Assembly (NCBI GenBank): GCA_963741955.1
Contig: CAVUKB010000005.1
Span: forward strand, 160,001 to 224,000
Length of the DNA: 64,000 nt
Direction: 5' to 3'
Source of the DNA: an uncultured Acidobacteriota bacterium
GTDB lineage: Bacteria > Acidobacteriota > Thermoanaerobaculia > Gp7-AA8
Part shown: piece by piece, positions 60,995-64,000 of the stretch
Layout of the letters: every line of letters starts with the position of its first letter
Numbering within the stretch: the first letter of the stretch is position 1
Program-made: the position numbers and the translations under genes
Notes under the pieces: model-generated
What the model was told of the DNA's origin: nothing
What the model saw: only the letters and a program-made list of their open reading frames with translations
The model's database searches: none

Positions 60995-61528
60995 ATGACG
61001 GTCGACGTCAAGCAGATCCGAATCATCGTCTCCGACGTCGACGGCGTCTGGACGGACGGGAAGATCATCTATTCCGGTGACCATCGCGAGATCAAGGAGT
61101 TCAACGTCCGGGACGGCCTCGGCGTCAAGCTTGCGCAGCGCGCCGGCATCGAGGTGGCGGTGATCACCAGCCGCCGCTCGAAGGCGCTCGACCGCCGCTG
61201 TCGCGAGCTCGGCGTGCGCGAAGTGGTGCAGGGTGCCCGGGAGAAGATGAGCGAGCTCCGGAAGATCCTCGAGGCGAGAAGCCTGGGGTTCGAGAGTCTC
61301 TGCTACATCGGAGACGACCTTCCCGATCTGGCGGCGATCGAAGCGGCCGCGCTTTCTGCCGCACCCGCGGACGCAGTGGCGGAGATTCGTGCCGTCGCGA
61401 CGTGGACTCTCGCCTGCCGCGGAGGCGAAGGTGCGTTCCGGGAGCTGGTGGAGCGGATCCTGCGCGAGCGAGGAGAGTGGGACGGAGTGGTGGATGAATA
61501 CCGGGCGGCGAAGATTGCACGGAGCTGA
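60995..61528 (+). CDS. kdsC: KDO 8-phosphate phosphatase
   Basis: [30 protein letters not shown]. Confidence 0.93.
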   Translation: MTVDVKQIRIIVSDVDGVWTDGKIIYSGDHREIKEFNVRDGLGVKLAQRAGIEVAVITSRRSKALDRRCRELGVREVVQGAREKMSELRKILEARSLGFESLCYIGDDLPDLAAIEAAALSAAPADAVAEIRAVATWTLACRGGEGAFRELVERILRERGEWDGVVDEYRAAKIARS

Positions 61529-61601
61529 GCAAGAGAGAAGATGACTTCACACCTCCCCCCGGCTTCCTTCGCCGTTTTGAATCCTGCATTCGGGTTTCCT
61601 C

Positions 61602-62483
61602 ATGGCGCGTAAACCCCACAAGCTGAAGAACAGCGTCATCTACGGCGCACTCTCCCTCGCGAGCGGATTCGCGAGGCGGCTCTCGCTTCCCACGGCACGC
61701 TCACTCGGAGCCATGGTCGGAGGGGTGGCGCATGCGGTGCTCGGAAGGGAACGGAGGAAGGCGCTGCGGCACCTCGCGATGGCGTTTCCGGAGATGCCGG
61801 AGGCGCGGCGGTCCGACATTGCCTCGTCCATGTTCCGGCACCTCGGCGAGTCGCTCTTCGAGATCGGGTGGATGCCGAACCTCGGCGCAAACAATCTTCA
61901 CGAACTGACCGTATTCGACGGAGTGGAGAACATGCAGGCGGCGGTCGACAGCGGGCGCGGCGTGGTCCTCTTCACCGGACACTGCGGGAACTGGGAGTGG
62001 ATGGCGGCATCGATCGGGCTGCTCGGTTTCTCGATGAGCGTGATCGCGCGGGAGATCTACGACCCGCGGATCAACGAGTTCGTGGTGGTGTCGCGCGCAC
62101 GACACGACGTCCGCACCATCGGCCGCGGTTCGGCGGCATCCGCGAAAGAGATGCTCCAGACCCTTCGCCGCGGCGAGATCCTCGGCGTGCTGATCGACCA
62201 GAGCCTGCGGGCGGAATCAGGGAACGTGCCGTTCTTCGGGATCCCTGCTCCGACTCCGATCGGCCCGGCACGGATGGCGATCCGTTCCGGTGCGATGGCC
62301 ATCGCCGGATTCATCGAGCGGCGGGACGGGATGCAGTACGTACGATTCGAGGCGCCCATCGAGACGTCGCGCGATGACGACGCGGTGGAACTGACTGCGC
62401 GGCTCACGAAGTCGATCGAAGATCAGATCCGCAGAGCTCCGGAGCAGTGGGTCTGGATGCACGAGCGGTGGAAGCTGCGATAG
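61602..62483 (+). CDS. Lipid A late acyltransferase (LpxL/HtrB family)
   Basis: HCGNWE, LIDQ, PFFG, PEQWVWMHERWK. Confidence 0.9.
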   Translation: MARKPHKLKNSVIYGALSLASGFARRLSLPTARSLGAMVGGVAHAVLGRERRKALRHLAMAFPEMPEARRSDIASSMFRHLGESLFEIGWMPNLGANNLHELTVFDGVENMQAAVDSGRGVVLFTGHCGNWEWMAASIGLLGFSMSVIAREIYDPRINEFVVVSRARHDVRTIGRGSAASAKEMLQTLRRGEILGVLIDQSLRAESGNVPFFGIPAPTPIGPARMAIRSGAMAIAGFIERRDGMQYVRFEAPIETSRDDDAVELTARLTKSIEDQIRRAPEQWVWMHERWKLR

Positions 62484-62530
62484 CTCCCCTGTGGCCGACG
62501 TTTCAGGCGGAGCACAGTGGGTCGCGCCAG

Positions 62531-62717
62531 GTGGGTCGCGCATTCTGCGCGAGGCTTCCCGGCATCGTGCCGGGGAGCGATGGCGCCAACGAGTCGCCAG
62601 TCGTTCCTCTCGCGCGGGGGTGCGTTCGTGTCTCTTTACTCGGGACGATCATCGTATCTTGCCCGGGGCAGGGCGGCGCGGGACGCCGCCCTGCATCGGA
62701 CCGGAGGTCCAACCCAC
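62531..62717. repeat. Reverse-orientation copy of the about 190-bp REP-like composite
   Basis: GTGGGTCGCG...CAGGGCGGCGCGGGACGCCGCCCTGCATCGGAC...CCAACCCAC. Confidence 0.85.
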
Positions 62718-62934
62718 TGGTGCCACCCTGCATCGGGCGAGGACGCAGAGTCTTCGATCTCTCGAATTCCGTTCTGCGTATCCGGACTCCAAAAGTTTGG
62801 TAAACCGTGCGTCTCTCCCCAGTCGGTTCCTTCCACCAAACTTTTGGAGCAGCGCTGCGAAGACGAGTTCTCCAGCCGGCAGATCCTCTCCTCGAACTTC
62901 GAGCAGGAATCTTTGAAAGTTCGGCCACGACCGC

Positions 62935-63678
62935 TTACACCGCTCGCGCGAGCGTCAACGCTGCGACGTGGCTGGCGCCGGCACGGCGAAGCGCGCGGGC
63001 GCAGGCGGCGAGAGTCTCGCCGGTGGTGCAGACGTCATCGATGAGAAGGATCCGCGAGTCATCCAGAGGTCGGACGCATTCGAACACGCCGCGGACATTC
63101 GCCGCGCGCTCGCTCCTCCGGAGGGTCGACTGCGGGGCTCGTTCGATGCGCTTCCGGAGAACGCGACCGTCGAACGGGATTCCGGTCAGCCTCGCGAAGC
63201 GTCGTGCGAGGAGTTCCGACTGGTTGTAGCCTCGCCGTCGGAGCCGCGAACGGTGAAGAGGAACGGCTGCGACGCGTGCGAAATCATCGTCTGCTCGCTC
63301 TTCGAACCGGCGGGAGAGGAGCTCGCCGAGCTGGTCGGAGAGAAAATCGTGCCCCTCGAACTTGAAGGCGTGGATCAGCCTCTCGAGAGTCCCTTCGTAG
63401 CGTCCGAATGAATCGATCCACTGCAGCGGGAGCGGACTCCGGGCGCATTCGATGCAGGTGAAGGTCTCGCCGGGACCTCCCCCGTCCCACGGAATACCGC
63501 AACTGGCGCAGCGTGCACCGATGAGTTCCAGGCTCTCCCAGCACTCCGAGCAGCACGAGCCTCGGCGGTTCCGCCACGGGAGCTCTCCGCCGCAGACGAC
63601 GCAGGGAGAAGCCAGCACGATCCGTCCGGCCTCGCCGAGGATTCCGTGGACCGCCGAAACTAGCGACCTTGCCCGCAC
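62935..63678 (-). CDS. comF: ComF family protein (zinc ribbon + PRTase); start uncertain
   Basis: Four CxxC pairs, VPLH..R...RGYNQS, LIDDVCTTGET. Confidence 0.88.
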   Translation of the reverse strand: MRARSLVSAVHGILGEAGRIVLASPCVVCGGELPWRNRRGSCCSECWESLELIGARCASCGIPWDGGGPGETFTCIECARSPLPLQWIDSFGRYEGTLERLIHAFKFEGHDFLSDQLGELLSRRFEERADDDFARVAAVPLHRSRLRRRGYNQSELLARRFARLTGIPFDGRVLRKRIERAPQSTLRRSERAANVRGVFECVRPLDDSRILLIDDVCTTGETLAACARALRRAGASHVAALTLARAV

Positions 63679-63760
63679 GTCTGAATTGTACGTTGCAAGG
63701 GTGCGGATTGGACGCGCATCCTCGTTGAAAGGAAGGGGTGCTTTGCTTATAGTGACGCGC

Positions 63761-64000
63761 ATGAAAAAGTACGTGATTCTCTCCGCCCTCCTGATTCTGT
63801 CCGGCATTCCCGCGTTCGCACAGCAGAACGCTCTGGGCTTCTCGGCGGGGAGCGGCGAATCGATGAAGAACGGCTTCGACCTGAAGCTCGACAATCCGGT
63901 GAAAGAGATCTTCTTCGAGACCGAGATGGAGCCCGGAACCACGTTCACGATCAAGCTCGGCCGGGTCAACTCGGACAAGATCGTCGAGGTCGGCAACGCC
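63761..64000 (+). CDS. Secreted/outer-membrane protein (3' truncated)
   Basis: MKKYVILSALLILSGIPAFA signal peptide; frame open to window end. Confidence 0.65.
   Translation, partial: MKKYVILSALLILSGIPAFAQQNALGFSAGSGESMKNGFDLKLDNPVKEIFFETEMEPGTTFTIKLGRVNSDKIVEVGNA

Overview
High-GC bacterial chromosome segment made up mostly of housekeeping and envelope genes. The gene repertoire suggests Acidobacteriota, possibly Thermoanaerobaculia (inference: Ser/Thr kinase fused to PD40 repeats, S55 peptidase plus beta-propeller pair, LPS/Kdo genes). It holds about 58 CDS (including pckA, kdsD, lolA, yajQ, coaD, oppABC-like, rnc, envC, ispH, ndh, ppa, ogt, dacB, purH, kdsC and comF) and tRNA-Phe(GAA). I saw no prophage, transposase or CRISPR array. 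The most striking item is a well-formed ydaO/yuaA-type (c-di-AMP) riboswitch with its own sigma70-like promoter and a terminator-like hairpin but no adjacent sense gene. It points antisense into a prenyltransferase gene, and beyond that into a chemoreceptor fused to an apparently cytoplasmic OppA-like domain. Other notable items are several apparent pseudo-enzymes (S41 protease with Ser->Asp, a degenerate ABC ATPase, a Zn-phosphoesterase-like protein), a stand-alone BoxB-like di-iron protein, an atypical ketosynthase, and at least five families of intergenic repeats or MITE/REP-like elements. Start codons were chosen by eye and product calls come from motif recognition, not database searches.
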